A stretch of 64,000 nucleotides of DNA from Lama glama (Eukaryota), in assembly GCA_028534125.1 (NCBI GenBank), contig CM052818.1, positions 3,660,001 to 3,724,000 on the forward strand. The letters are read 5' to 3'. The first letter of the stretch is position 1, and each line of letters starts with the position of its first letter. This document shows, piece by piece, positions 1 to 12,998 of this stretch. The notes below the pieces were generated by a model, which was not told where the DNA came from, did no database searches, and saw only the letters and a program-made list of their open reading frames with translations. Both the position numbers and the translations under genes were made by a program.

Positions 1-1755
1 TGCCTCTGTATACTGGGGCAGGAACAGGGGTGCCTTGTCTGTCTCCCTGAGTCACAGAATAATTTAGGCATAAATGTTGAGTAACTCAGCATGTTAAGCT
101 ACTTTAAATGGACTTTTACATTTTGTAGAACTGAATTATGTTCTACATAATTCATCTAGGCTTATGTCATCTAGGCTTTTTGAATTAGAAATCCGCTGAT
201 TTTAGTCTTTGATACTGACTTCAAGCACCGTTAATCTGTATTTTGGGGGAACTTATGGCTCCCTATTTGTCTATTATACCAAGCATAATAGGAAGGATTA
301 TTTTTAGATCAGTCTCTCGATTACATCGTAACCCTTACGACGCTTTCAGGGGCATGTTTCTGGATGATGGATTGAGAGTCATTTTTGAAATACTTAAACC
401 CAGTTTAGACTATAATTGGAATAATTTTGTTAATACCTAGTCAGACTACTCTTTTGAAATAGTTTTATTCATTGTCAAAAGAGAACATTTATGTAGTGAT
501 GGCATATGTTGTCATATTTTCCACTTCACACATTATATGTAGATTATATTCTCTTATTTTTTACATTTATAGTTCTTCAAATATTTAAAAAACATTTTCT
601 TTCAGCATGTATCATTTTACACAAGTGGATTAAGTAGAATAAAGGCAGATTAAATACTTCAAATACTGGCAGGGTGCCTGATTTTGTGGGGATTTTGGTT
701 ACCAATAAATTATTTAGAAGGGCCATAGAAATAATTGGTCAGTATCAGAGTTAAAAGAACCTTGTTGTCTTTATATTTAGAGAAAGCAGTGGCAGCTTTT
801 TTTTTTTAATGTTCCACTTAAAAACTGTTCTCTTGTAATGCAGATTGTCAGAGGAATTTATTGGTGAGGTATAAATATTTTAAATCAAGTACTTTGACAT
901 TGAGGTTATCATTTAAAATTTTTCTCTTTTTTTAGGATTTGCCTGGTCGCCAAATCACCAACTGATATCTTTATAGGACAATGACTTACACAAAATGTCT
1001 GAAAGTTTAGTTTCAATTTTTACTTTACTGAAGAAATGACTCAATACCAGTTAGCAGGAACTGCATGGCGAGGTGCAAAAACAACTCTCATCTGTCAAAT
1101 TAGCATCTTCTCTTGTAATAGTTAAGAAAAGCATTTTTATACCAACCATATGTTTTGCCAAATTTAATCTCTAATTTAAAATAAAACTGTTGCGTTTGAT
1201 ATTTTATTCTTTCTTCAGAAATGCAGTATGAGGATTATGACAGGATGGAGAGACTGATCTTAAGTATATTTTCCTTTTATGCTTGGCACTAATAAGTGTG
1301 GAGCGGCAGTCTGTGCAGTGGTTAAGCAAGTCAGTGCCGGAAGACTGGCCGGGCTTCAATCCTGGCTCTGTCACTTAACTAGCTGAGCGATGGGGAGCTT
1401 TAGTTTCCTCATTTATAAATTAGGACATAAACAGTGCCTCCTTGGCAGGATGTAAGGATTAAATGATATAATTCAGGTAGCGTGCTTACCACTGTTTCTA
1501 GCACATGGTAATTATTTGATAAATTAACCTATTTCAATAAACTGCTCTAAGATGAGAATCAGGTGGGTTTTTTTTTTTTAAGTCAGAAGGCATCATAAAT
1601 AACCAGGGCCTATTTAGTAGTTTTAAAATATTAAAACCCCAGTACTATCCTTCTGTTATCATAGTAAGTAGAAAATTAAAGATTGTTATTCTCAATCTAA
1701 TCAAGGCCCTAGAAGGAACAGAGAAGAAAAGAACCTGTAAAGATAATTAAAAAAA

Positions 1756-1910
1756 TTTTTTTTGGTTTTGGTGGGGGAGGTAACTAGGTTTTATTTATTT
1801 ATTCATTCATTCATTCATTCATTTAATTTTTAAACAGAGGTACTGGGCATTGAACCCAGGACTTCCTGTATGCCAAGCAGCAGCTCTGCCACTGAGCTAT
1901 ACTCTCCCCC
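1756..1910 (-). mobile_element. Camelid tRNA-derived SINE (Vic-1-like)
   Basis: Reverse A/B boxes (ccactgagctat; attgaacccagg), (TTCA)n/T tail, TSD ~TAAAGATAATT. Confidence 0.88.
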
Positions 1911-2560
1911 GACCATAAAGATAATTTAAAAATATTCCAGAAAGTAATTCACATAGATTCCCACTTCCATGATAGTATATAATGTCACTAACTCTATACC
2001 ATTGGGCAAGCTACTTCAAGCTAAATGATGTAACAAGTTATTTATCTTTAAGTCTCAGTTTCTTCATTTGTGAAACAAGAATAATAATACCTTCTTCATA
2101 GGGTTACTAAATGCTTAAATACACTTAAAGCACTCAACCCTGTCTCTGGCATGTAATAAGTAAGCATAAAATAAACATTCGTTGTTATTATTATTATGTT
2201 TGTCTTTAAAAAAATGATTGCACACTGGAAAATAGCGATGACTTGTGATTATAGCCAAGTTGGTACTATTACCAAACAGAATACATATAAGACTCCCGAA
2301 TTATGATGTGCTTTCCTACTTAAGTGTAGGATATTGCTAGAATCTGTTGAGTAACAAAACTATCTAAATATGAGTATAAAATTCAATGCAGTTATCCTAA
2401 ATATTTTGATAAATTTCTTTCTTTAACAATTCTTATTTTATCAGCTTGGGCAATAAAATTTTATTTTATTTTTTTCTAATTTTTCTTATTTCTTTCGATT
2501 CTTTCTTATTTCTTTTGAAACTCATAGTCCATAAACTTCCTAAGTCCCTAAACTTGTTAA

Positions 2561-2788
<228 letters not shown>

Positions 2789-3204
2789 TGACTTTGGGGT
2801 TAAGGTAGCCTTATTTAGCTATTGCATTTTTATGTGCACTGCATTTTTTTCAGTGTAGAGAACACTTTTCAGGTAAACGATTAAGAAAAGTAGAGTTGCC
2901 GTTAGGAAACCCTTCTCCTGAGAAGTGATGTCCTTGGCAGGCCCGTAGCATGACTAAATAAGAAGTTATATTTTTACTCAAAAAAAGATAATCCATCAGA
3001 ATGATAGTATGTTACATTTCCATTCTAAATCTTTAAAACTCTGCTTTTAAGAAGGAATGAAAACGTGCTCACTGTATTCTTAAAAATAGCTGAATTTCTA
3101 GATGTTTCAAAATGGGAGTAGTTTTGAAAATATTCCACTCAGAACTATAAATAATAGTTACCAGATATGATGGTTTTTTCTTAAAGCAGTAAGTGGTGAC
3201 AGTT

Positions 3205-3925
3205 TTTATTTTTGTTGACTTATTTTTATTGAAGTATAGTTGATTTACAATATTGTGTTAGTTTCCGGTGTACCACAAAGTGATTCAGTCACTTTTTTTT
3301 CAGATTATGTTCCGTTATAGGTTATTACAAGATAGTGAATACAATTCCCTGTGCTATACAGTAGTTCCTTGTTGCTTATCTATTTTGTATATAGTAATTT
3401 GTATCTGTTAATCCCATATTCCTAATCGGTCTCCGTTCCCTCCCTCTCCCCTTTGGTAACCACAAGTTTGTTTTCTATGCCCGTGAATTTGTTTCTGTTT
3501 TGTGTATAGATGGATTTGTTGTGTTTTTTAGGTACCACATACAAGTGCTATAGCATTTGTCTTTGACTTACTTCACTAGGTATAATGCCCTCTAGGTCCA
3601 TCCATGTTGCTGCAAATGGCAATATTTCATTCTTTTTATGGCTGAGTAATATTCCACTATTATATATCGATATCTGTATATATCTATATCACATTTTCTT
3701 GAGCCAGTTGTCTGTTGACAGGCACCTGGGTTGTTTCCATATCTTGGCTGTTATAAATAATACTGCTGTGAACTTTGGGGTACATGTATCTTTTCAAATG
3801 AATGTTTTTGTTTTTTCCAGCTTAATGCCCAGGAGTGGGATTGCTGGATCATATGGTAGCTCTACTTTTAGTTTTTTAAGGAACCTCCATACTGTTTTTC
3901 ATAGTGGCTGCACCAGTTTACATTC
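3205..3925 (-). mobile_element. 5'-truncated LINE-1 (ORF2 end + 3'UTR), antisense
   Basis: Typical L1 antisense text (gggattgctggatcatatggtagctct...catactgttttccatagtggctgcacc); TSD AGTGGTGACAGTT/AGTGGCAACAGTT. Confidence 0.9.
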
Positions 3926-4338
3926 AGTGGCAACAGTTCTAAAATTCACTAAAGACATGTTAACTGCATTTCAGATGATAAAGCACAAATGATACAATTA
4001 TGAAATCTCTTTTTAACTGACAGCTAGACAAATTGTCTATAATAAGAAATATTACAGCCAGACACATCAACTGAAATTTTTGGTAAGCCTGATTGCCAAG
4101 GATATAGGGAAAATAAAACTTAGATAACTGTTTCTATATACACATAGCCATTTTATGTGTCTCATTTAGGAGAGCCAGAAATATGCTTATCTCAGGAATG
4201 GTTTTTAAAATTTCTAATTAATAAATATGCACTTTTTTTACCTAAACGTGCCACTTCTCAAAATATACCTTAGAACACTTGTTTTTCACACTTTTTAATA
4301 CAAGCCACAATAAGAAATATTTTATATTATGACCCAGT

Positions 4339-4417
4339 ACACATACACACACACACACACATATACGTGTGTGTATATATACATATATGCACACATATGT
4401 ATATATATGTATGTATG
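4339..4417. repeat. (CA)n/(TA)n/(TG)n compound microsatellite
   Basis: Alternating purine-pyrimidine run of ~80 nt. Confidence 0.9.
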
Positions 4418-5305
4418 AAACAGAAGTGTTTGATGGAACAGTTTTCTCCCTTACAGTGTGTAAGGCATTCTTACATTTCCTTTCTTGTTCTTTTTATTTT
4501 ATTCTATTCTGTTCTATTTTATTTTACTAGATAAAATCCTGGTCACTATGTAATTGATTTCACAACTTATTGGTGGATTTGAAAAACCCTACCTTAGGGA
4601 TTACCAACATATATAGACATGTGCAAAGATGTTTATCGTAGCCTTAGTTGGTAATGGTATTAAGTTAGAAAGAACCTAAATATTCATCAGTAGGAAGAGT
4701 TAGACTTTGTCCATAGTCTACAGGTATTAAAAAGGATGAGGAGGGCCCATATTTACTGTTACAGAATTTCCTCTGAGACACTGGTAGTGAAGAAAGCAAG
4801 TTGCAGAGCAGTGAATACAATCTGATTGTTATGTATGTGCACACATACATGACACAAAATGACAAAAATGCACTGACAAAAAGGTCTGGAAGAATGCACA
4901 CCAAACTGATAACAGTGGATTTGGGAGGGGTGGTTAAGAGGCATTTTTCACTTTGTATATACAGTTTGAAATGTTTATATCAAGTATGAGCTCACATATT
5001 TTTCAAAGTGTGCAAATAAAAGCCCTAATTAATTCAGTTACAGTTTAGTAGGAGATTATTGCTGTCAGATGTTCAGTTGGCAAGAAACTCTTTCCAAATT
5101 GGTCTTTGAAAGTAACCCATTTCTTGGATTCTCAGAATTCATGATCTTCCATCAAGCAAAACTAATCTTGTTTTTGTTGTCTGAGCAGAAAATGTTTTTT
5201 ACTATAAGGTAGAAAGCTTCATGAGGACAGAAACCAGTCTGTCCTGCCCAGCATTGTATCCCACGGGCTTGGTGCAGTGTTTGGTCCTCAGCAAGGATTC
5301 AAATA

Positions 5306-5502
5306 TTTATTTTTAGTTTCGTTTTTGTTTTTGTTTTAATAGCATTTTATTTGGGGTTTTTTGTTTGTTTGTTTTTTGTTTTTTTGGTGGGGGAGTAATT
5401 AGGTTTACCTATTTATTTAGTTTTTAGAGGAAGTACGAGATTGAACCCAGGACCTTGTGCATGCTAAGCATGCCGCTCTACCACTTGAGCTATACCCTCC
5501 CC
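5306..5502 (-). mobile_element. Camelid tRNA-derived SINE (Vic-1-like)
   Basis: Same consensus; TSD CAAATATTT on both sides. Confidence 0.88.
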
Positions 5503-5959
5503 GCCAAATATTTGTTGAACGAATGAACAAACAGTAATGTATCTTACTTCAGGGAGGCATTTGACTTGTTTCTTCCTATCTGCGTGGACAAGACAAAGAA
5601 ATGTAAGCAGAAGGTAGACCTGTCTCTAAGGGACATGTAAAAGGGCTCTGTATCTCTGTAGTTGGCATGTTTATTCAGTACTTTTTTTTTTTAATCAGCA
5701 ACATTAATAAAGATGTAATTGTCAATTTTTCAGATAAGAGGATTTGTTTATCTGTTGGATGGCTAAATTCAGAGACAACTTTTTAAAAGTTTCATTAGGC
5801 TAGAAAGATAGATTAAAGCAAATAGGATAAAATCTAGCAGGAATAAATATTAAACTTTATATTTAAATTTTTGAAAGAAATAGTGCAACTATGGGACAGA
5901 AGAATCTGATCTTTCAGTTAGTCATGTTGGATATGATGCAGTGCTCAAAAAAGTCAGTC

Positions 5960-6412
5960 AGAAACAGCCTAAATGTCCATCAACGGATGACTGGATAAAG
6001 AAGATGTGGTATATTTATACAATGGAATACTACTCAGCCATAAAACCCGACAACATAACGCCATTTGCAGGAACATGGATGCTCCTGGAGAGTGTCATTC
6101 TAAGTAAAGTAAGCCAGAAAGAGAAAGAAAAATACCATATGAGATCGCTCATATGTGGAATCTAAAAACAAAAACAAAAACCAAAGCATAAATACAAAAC
6201 AGAAATAGACTCATAGACATAGAATACAAACTTGTGGTTGCCAAGGGGATGGAGGGTGGGAAGGGATAGACGGGATTTCAAAATTGTAGAACAGATAAAC
6301 AAGATTATACTGTAGAGCACAGGGAAATATACACAAGATCTTATGGTAGCTCACAGAGAAAAAAATGTAACAATGAATATATATATATGTTCATGTATAA
6401 CTGAAAAATTGT
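5960..6412 (+). mobile_element. Young 5'-truncated LINE-1 3' end, running into the gap
   Basis: Encodes the intact L1 ORF2 C-terminus (KQPKCPSTDDWIKKMWYIYTMEYYSAIK) followed by 3'UTR. Confidence 0.93.
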
Positions 6413-6512
6413 NNNNNNNNNNNNNNNNNNNNNNNNNNNNNNNNNNNNNNNNNNNNNNNNNNNNNNNNNNNNNNNNNNNNNNNNNNNNNNNNNNNNNNNN
6501 NNNNNNNNNNNN
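6413..6512. other. Assembly gap (100 N)
   Basis: Run of 100 N. Confidence 1.
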
Positions 6513-6984
6513 ACTCCTGTTTTAGCTTTTTCTTTCTTTTAGGGACAGGACCTGTGAACTCTTTCTTAAAGCAGTCCCCATGACATGATCTATAGGTCAG
6601 GTGGATTCCTTTGCATGGTCCTTTCATTTGGAAAAAAAAAAAAAATCTTTGCTAATAGTGCTACTCAAGGGTGCCACTTAAAGGTCTGTGCTTGGATTTA
6701 CTGAATCATAAACTGCAACCAGGAACCTTGTAACGACTTGTAAATTTAACATTAAATAGTTGTGTAAAGGACCTAGATGACATTGTTTCAAACAAACTCC
6801 CAAATAATTTCAAAGCAGTAATTTAGAAAGCATTCTTGCAGTGGTAGACAAAGAAAGGGAAAATTGTAACCTTCTTTGGAGTACGTTCCTAAATCTGGGA
6901 AAAAGAAAGGTGTATTTCAAAATCCCTTGTCAGGCCTTTTCAAATTATAATCTGCCCCTTCTCCTCTCACAGGGTCCTAAAAAA

Positions 6985-7720
6985 TTAACTTTACTGAAGT
7001 ATAATTTACATGCAATAAAATTCACCAATTTTAGTGTACCATTCAATAAGTTTTGTTAAATATATACTATTGTATAACCACCAAGAAAATAAAAATATAG
7101 AGCATTTTTATCACTGCAAAAAATCCATCATTTCCCTTTGCATTCAGTCTCCTCTTGCTTTCACCTTCACACCCTGGTAACTTTTTTTTTATGGCAGTGA
7201 CTTTTAATTTTTAAGTTTTTATTAGCAAATTTTTTTTCCAGCTTCTGTGAGATACAATTGACGTAAAAGACTGTGTAAGTTTAAGGTGTACAACGTGATG
7301 ATTTGATTTGCACATATACAGTGAAATGATTACCATAATGAGGTTAGTTAACACATGGGTCAACATGGTAACTATTGGTCTTCTCTATGCTGCTACAGTT
7401 TTGCCTTTTCTAGAGTGTCGCATAAACGGAACCGGATAGTCTTTTGTGTTTGGCTTTTTTCATTTAGCGTAATGCTTTTGAGAGTCATCCTTGTTGTTGA
7501 GTGAATCAGTAGTTCATTGCTCTTTATTGCCAAGTAGCACTACATTGTACTGGTATATTCAGTCTGTTTAGTCATTCCCCAGTTGGTAGACATTTTCAGA
7601 TTGGAGTTTTTTTGGTGTTATAGGTAAAGCTCCTATAAAGATTCATGTGCAAGTCTTTACAGAGCTTATGTTTTCATTCCTCGTGGGTAAATACCTAGGA
7701 GTGGGCTTGCTGGATCGTGG
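6985..7720 (-). mobile_element. Old L1M 3' fragment with a nested younger L1 3' end (~7180-7370)
   Basis: L1 antisense 3'UTR text; inner element bounded by TGGTAAC repeats. Confidence 0.7.
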
Positions 7721-7828
7721 GGTGAAGGTTGGCCATGAGTTGGTAATTGTCGAGGCTGGTGATGGGTATGTGGAGGTTCTTTTACGTTTCTCTTTACTTT
7801 TGTTTACATGTAGACTTTTCCATAATAA

Positions 7829-8017
<189 letters not shown>

Positions 8018-9857
8018 TAACGTATTTTACACATACTGTTATGAAAAATCTCAAATTAAGTTTACTTCTCACATTTCTCAAGTTAATTACTTAATAGAAT
8101 TTTCAAGTTGAAATTAACTACAGTCCAGATCCCTCTTTTTACAAAAAGGAAAAGCTTGAGCTTCAGAGGGTTAAATGCGGTGTCTGAGGTTGTGTAGCCA
8201 GCCTCCAGCAGGGCCAGGACTCAACCTTAATTTAGGCTTCCAAGTGTTATTTTTACTAATTCTTGATTTAAATTGGTAGAATAAAAAAAAAGAAGCAAAA
8301 AAAATCATATATATATATATTTTGACCAACAGAATGGTTGCATATATGTCTCCTTTCAAAGGGAGCCTTTGTATCATGGTGTCTGGCACATCTCCCACCC
8401 TGCCGTCCTGCATTGACACTTCAGATCCTCACAGACAAGAGCAGTAGATTGTGTACTTCTGCAACACTTGGATAACCTCTGAATGTCAAAAGATCAAGCT
8501 AAATATGCTACGCATCCAACATCTGAGGTCATATTTGCTAGAAAAGGCTGTTTCATTTTTAAGTCTACTAGATTAATGAGGAGTGAGCTTTTTAAATGTG
8601 AACTGTGTATCCTTATAAATCTGTTAATTGTTATGTATGCGCTAAACTTAATCATCTGTCCAGTTTTGCATTAAAGTCAAAAGTTATTCATTCAGCTCTT
8701 CTTCAGCAATTTGAAAGGATTACTCTGAGTTCTTGATGCACCATAAAAGTTGACATACTGGGTGATCAACATGTATTCTCTTGTAGCTGTTTATGTGTGG
8801 AGGAGAATTAGGATTTTCCTCCTTGCTGGCAATCCCAGTGGCTATGGTTGTTCTCATAAATATCCCCATTGTAAAATGTTTTTCCCTGTTCTTTAAAGTG
8901 TTACTTGTTCGAAAGTCTCAGAAACCCCTTTCTTGTCTGTATTGCTGAAAGCAGCACTCCCTCCAGGAGGTTATTACCCTGTTTATTTTCCTCATTACAC
9001 TTATCACTTAGAATCATATTTTTTGTGTATTTTTATTACCTGTTTTTTCTACACTAGAATGTAAACTCCCTGAAGATAAAGATTGTCCATCTTATTAAGT
9101 TCACCTAGAACAATGCTTAGCACATAGTGTGCATTCAAAGAAGTTTTTGTAGAAGGAAGCAATGATACAAGTTTCCCTAAATTGAAATTTTCAGGCTTCA
9201 AGTGGTTTCTTCTAACCACCTGTAGACTTGTAGGATAGTGGGACCAAATCTGTGTTCACTAATCCCTAGTTTGCCAGTTTATAGACATTGGACCTACCTT
9301 TGTTATTCTTCAGTTTTCTTTCCTCAATATATTTTGAAGGCGCAAAAAGGATATGAATTTATTAGGATCTCCAAGGTGTTTGATGTGGTGCTAGTGCTTT
9401 ACATACAGTATCTCATTTAATTCTCATAACTAGTTATTCTTGTCTTCATTTTACAAATAGGAAATTATGTATTTTAAGAATTAATTTGTTTTTTTTACAT
9501 ATAGCTTGTGCTATATAAGTTTTTTCTTATATGAAAACGTGTGATTATAGCTTACAAGTTTTTTTTTTCTTTTTGTTCCTTAATTTGATCTTGGTAGGTC
9601 ATCTTTTATTTCCCTTTCCCTTCATAGTTTAGTTACCTTTTTTGCAATTTTCCAGCTCCATTATTTTTTCTTAGTGAAATGATATAATCAATATATAATA
9701 TCCTAAGTTAGAGCACACATTGATACTTAATAGATAGACTAGTAAATTGATTGGTTTTCTTTCAGTTATCTTCCTCATCATGGACTACCCCATTTACCTC
9801 TTATCTTCACTGATTGCCCATTTCCCTTTCTGACTTGTAATTGATAATTCAGAGACC

Positions 9858-10262
9858 TCTTTTTTAATTTTTTAATTGAAATATAGTCGATTTACAATGT
9901 TGTGTTAGTCTCTGGTGTACAGCATGGTAATTCAGTTATACGCACACATATATGTATATTCTTTTTCATATTTTTTTCATTATAGGTTACTACAAAATAC
10001 AGTAGGACTTTGTTGTTTATCTATTTTGGATATAGTGATTCATATCTGCAAATCCCAAACTCCCAGTTTATCCCTTCCTACCCCATTCCCCACACCCGCC
10101 ACACCCCAGTAACCATTAGTTTATTTTCTGTGTCTCATGTGAGTCTGTTTCTGTTTTGTAAATAAATTCATTTGTGCCATTTTTTGAGATTCCACATAGA
10201 AGTGCTATCATATGGTATTTATCTTTCTCTTTTTCTCTTAGTATGATAATCTCTAGGTCTAC
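9858..10262 (-). mobile_element. 5'-truncated LINE-1 3'UTR, antisense
   Basis: tttaattgaaatatagtcgatttacaatgttgtgttagt...; TSD-like CAGAGACCTCTTT/CAGAGGCTTCTTT. Confidence 0.85.
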
Positions 10263-11410
10263 CCCAGAGGCTTCTTTATGCATCATTTATGTTTTTTCCC
10301 TGTATGTGTGTATATTTGCAGCTTATATGCTGCCTGTTTTCTTATTCAGACAATTTCAGAATATTTTTTCTTCTTTTTAATACAAACATTTCCCTGTTCA
10401 GTAGAGCCCCGTATTTACTGAAGCTCTAAGGCAGCCCTCTGATCCATCTTCCAAATAATTTATTAAAATGTTACCTAGAAGTAGTTCCCATTACCAATCA
10501 CTAAGGCAGCTCCCTAGTTTTGTTTTTGTATTTATAATGGGGCCCGTTTATCCTAAATTCCTTCTTAATCCATGACCAATATAGTCCCGTTTGTGCACGA
10601 AGACTCAGTTTTTAATAGCATGGACCCTAGCTAACAGCCTCCTGAGAGTCTGAATAGACTGCATCTAATAGTTTTTCCTCCTAAAGAGCTCTCCTTTAAA
10701 AAATTAAAACAGAACATGCTGCCTTTCTCTTTTTAGATGTTAGTACTGTTTGGGTATTTAATAATCCTATCTTTTTTTTTTTTAAATGGAATCAACTGGT
10801 TGGCCAGATATAGAAGCGAAATCATTAGGGATTCTTTCCCAAGAACACCAGTCTTGTTGATGGTCCAGAAGTCCTCCAGCACTGTAGCCATAGATAAGAC
10901 ACGTTATATGTTTTGATTCTACAGTTAGGTCTTTGGGTTTCTTCAGTGTTCTTAAGTAATATATTTAAGTTGAATTTTTGGAATAGTCATAGGATATCCT
11001 GTATAGTTGATCAAGCAGTTGTATCCTATTTTATTTAAAAGAATGAGAAATTTCTTTATTATCCTCTTTAAACACAGAGAATCCAGTCAGTGTTTTAACT
11101 CTCTTCACCTTATAAAAAAAATATCTTTTAGTCATTTTGGTATCCCCTCTACCAACAGCACACTGTACATACAGCACACTTAATTAACGCAAGTTTGATG
11201 AATGAATGAATGGGAAATGTTCTAAGATTGTATCTTTGAAAGTCATTTATAAGCTAGATCCTTTAAGAACAGTAGTTGACATGTATTTTCCAGAAATGAG
11301 TACTGTTGCATGGTATAGAATATATATAGGAAAAGATTCTCAAAAGATTCAAAGTGTTGTTTTGTATTTGTCTTTGCCCATGGTTGGAAATGTAGCGTTT
11401 TACATCTTAA

Positions 11411-11551
<141 letters not shown>

Positions 11552-12422
11552 TAATATTTATCTTTTTTTTTTTCAAACTTCTGCTTCACATTTGTCTTGA
11601 TTTCAGAAGTCATGGGAATACAGATTTTTATCATTAATTTAGCCCTGGAACCAGTTCCAGAGGGGACAAAACTTCATATATACTAGTTTTACCCATCATT
11701 CTATAAAACTTGTGTATAAATTAAATCTATTATACAAAACTGATATTTTCATTTATAAAAACATTCAGAAAATAACATAATGCTCACCCATTTGCCCTGC
11801 TCTGATTTAACAAATGTTAACTTTTAGCCTTAATTACTTAGTCTCATTTCTAAATAAAATATTAAAGACATAGCCAAAGACCCACAACTCCCATCCCTTT
11901 CACTTTTCTACCTCCAGAGATGTATGTAAATTTAGTTTGTTTTTAAACTTTTACTGCACATATAAGTCGGCAGGGAATTTATAGTATAGGTTTTGTTCTT
12001 AAACTTTAAATAACTTGTGTTATATGCAACTTTACTTTTTTCACATAGTTTGAAATAAATCCATTTTGAGAAAATATAGTTCTACTTTGTTTATTTTATG
12101 TGCTGGATAGTCTTCCATTATATGAATAAACTGCTATTAATTAGTTTCTTTACTTACAGTGAATTGTTTGTGCTTTCTATTACAAACATTGCTGAAGTGG
12201 GCATCCTTGTGTAAGTCTCTTTGTGCTTATGTGGGGAGTTGCTTAAGGGTGTATTTATTTATTTTATTTTGATTATTTTTTTTAGAGTGTATTTGAGTAT
12301 AATCCTAAAAGCAGAACTGCTGTATCGTTAATTGTTCTAATTTACATGCAGATTAGCAGCATATAAGAATTTCACCTTGCATTACATTTTTTTTACCAGT
12401 ATGTTAAGATTAAAATGGTGTC

Positions 12423-12464
12423 TTTTTTTTAAATTTAAAAAAAAATTGGGGGGGGGATTAGCTT

Positions 12465-12496
<32 letters not shown>

Positions 12497-12573
12497 TGGA
12501 GGTACTGGGGATGGTACCGAGGACCTTGTGTGTGCTAGGCGTGTACTCAACCACTGAGCTATAACCTCCCCCC
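12423..12573 (-). mobile_element. Camelid tRNA-derived SINE (Vic-1-like)
   Basis: Same consensus; (TTTA)n; TSD TAAAATGGTGYCTT. Confidence 0.88.
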
Positions 12574-12895
12574 TAAAATGGTGCCTTATTTTAATTGCAT
12601 CTCCTTGATTACACTGAGCCTGAAGGTTTTCATATAAACATACGGCCATTAGTCATATGACTGGCCCGTATTTTCCTTTTCAGTAAATTTCCTGTTCATA
12701 AACTTTTACTATTTTTAAAAAACTGAGTTATGTGTCTTTTTTGTATTGGTTTTAGCAAGTTTTTAAAAAACATTCTGGGTATAAATCCTTTCTTAGGTAT
12801 ATTCATAGCAAATAACTTCTCCCTAACCATGCCTTATCTTTTCACTATGTTTAAGATGTCATTTGCCATTCAGAAAATTTTCTTTTTCTTATTTT

Positions 12896-12998
12896 AAAAT
12901 ATTGAACACTTCACAAATTTGCGTATCATCTTTGTGAAGGGACCACACTGATCTCTGTATCATTTCAGTTTTAGTATTTGTGTTGCTGAAGCAAGGAC
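12896..12998 (-). pseudogene. Retroposed U6 snRNA pseudogene
   Basis: Reverse complement aligns end to end with U6 (GTCCTTGCTTCAGCAACACAAATACTAAAACTGAAATGATACAGAGA...GATGATACGCAAATTTGTGAAGTGTTCAATATTTT); A-rich tail and TSD-like flanks AGAAAATTTTCT/AGAAGTTTTTCT. Confidence 0.92.

Noticed and set aside
3585..3992. 135-aa ORF
   Set aside because: Antisense reading of an L1 ORF2/3'UTR fragment.
5941..6165. 74-aa ORF with a conserved-looking peptide
   Set aside because: C-terminal remnant of L1 ORF2 in a 5'-truncated insertion.
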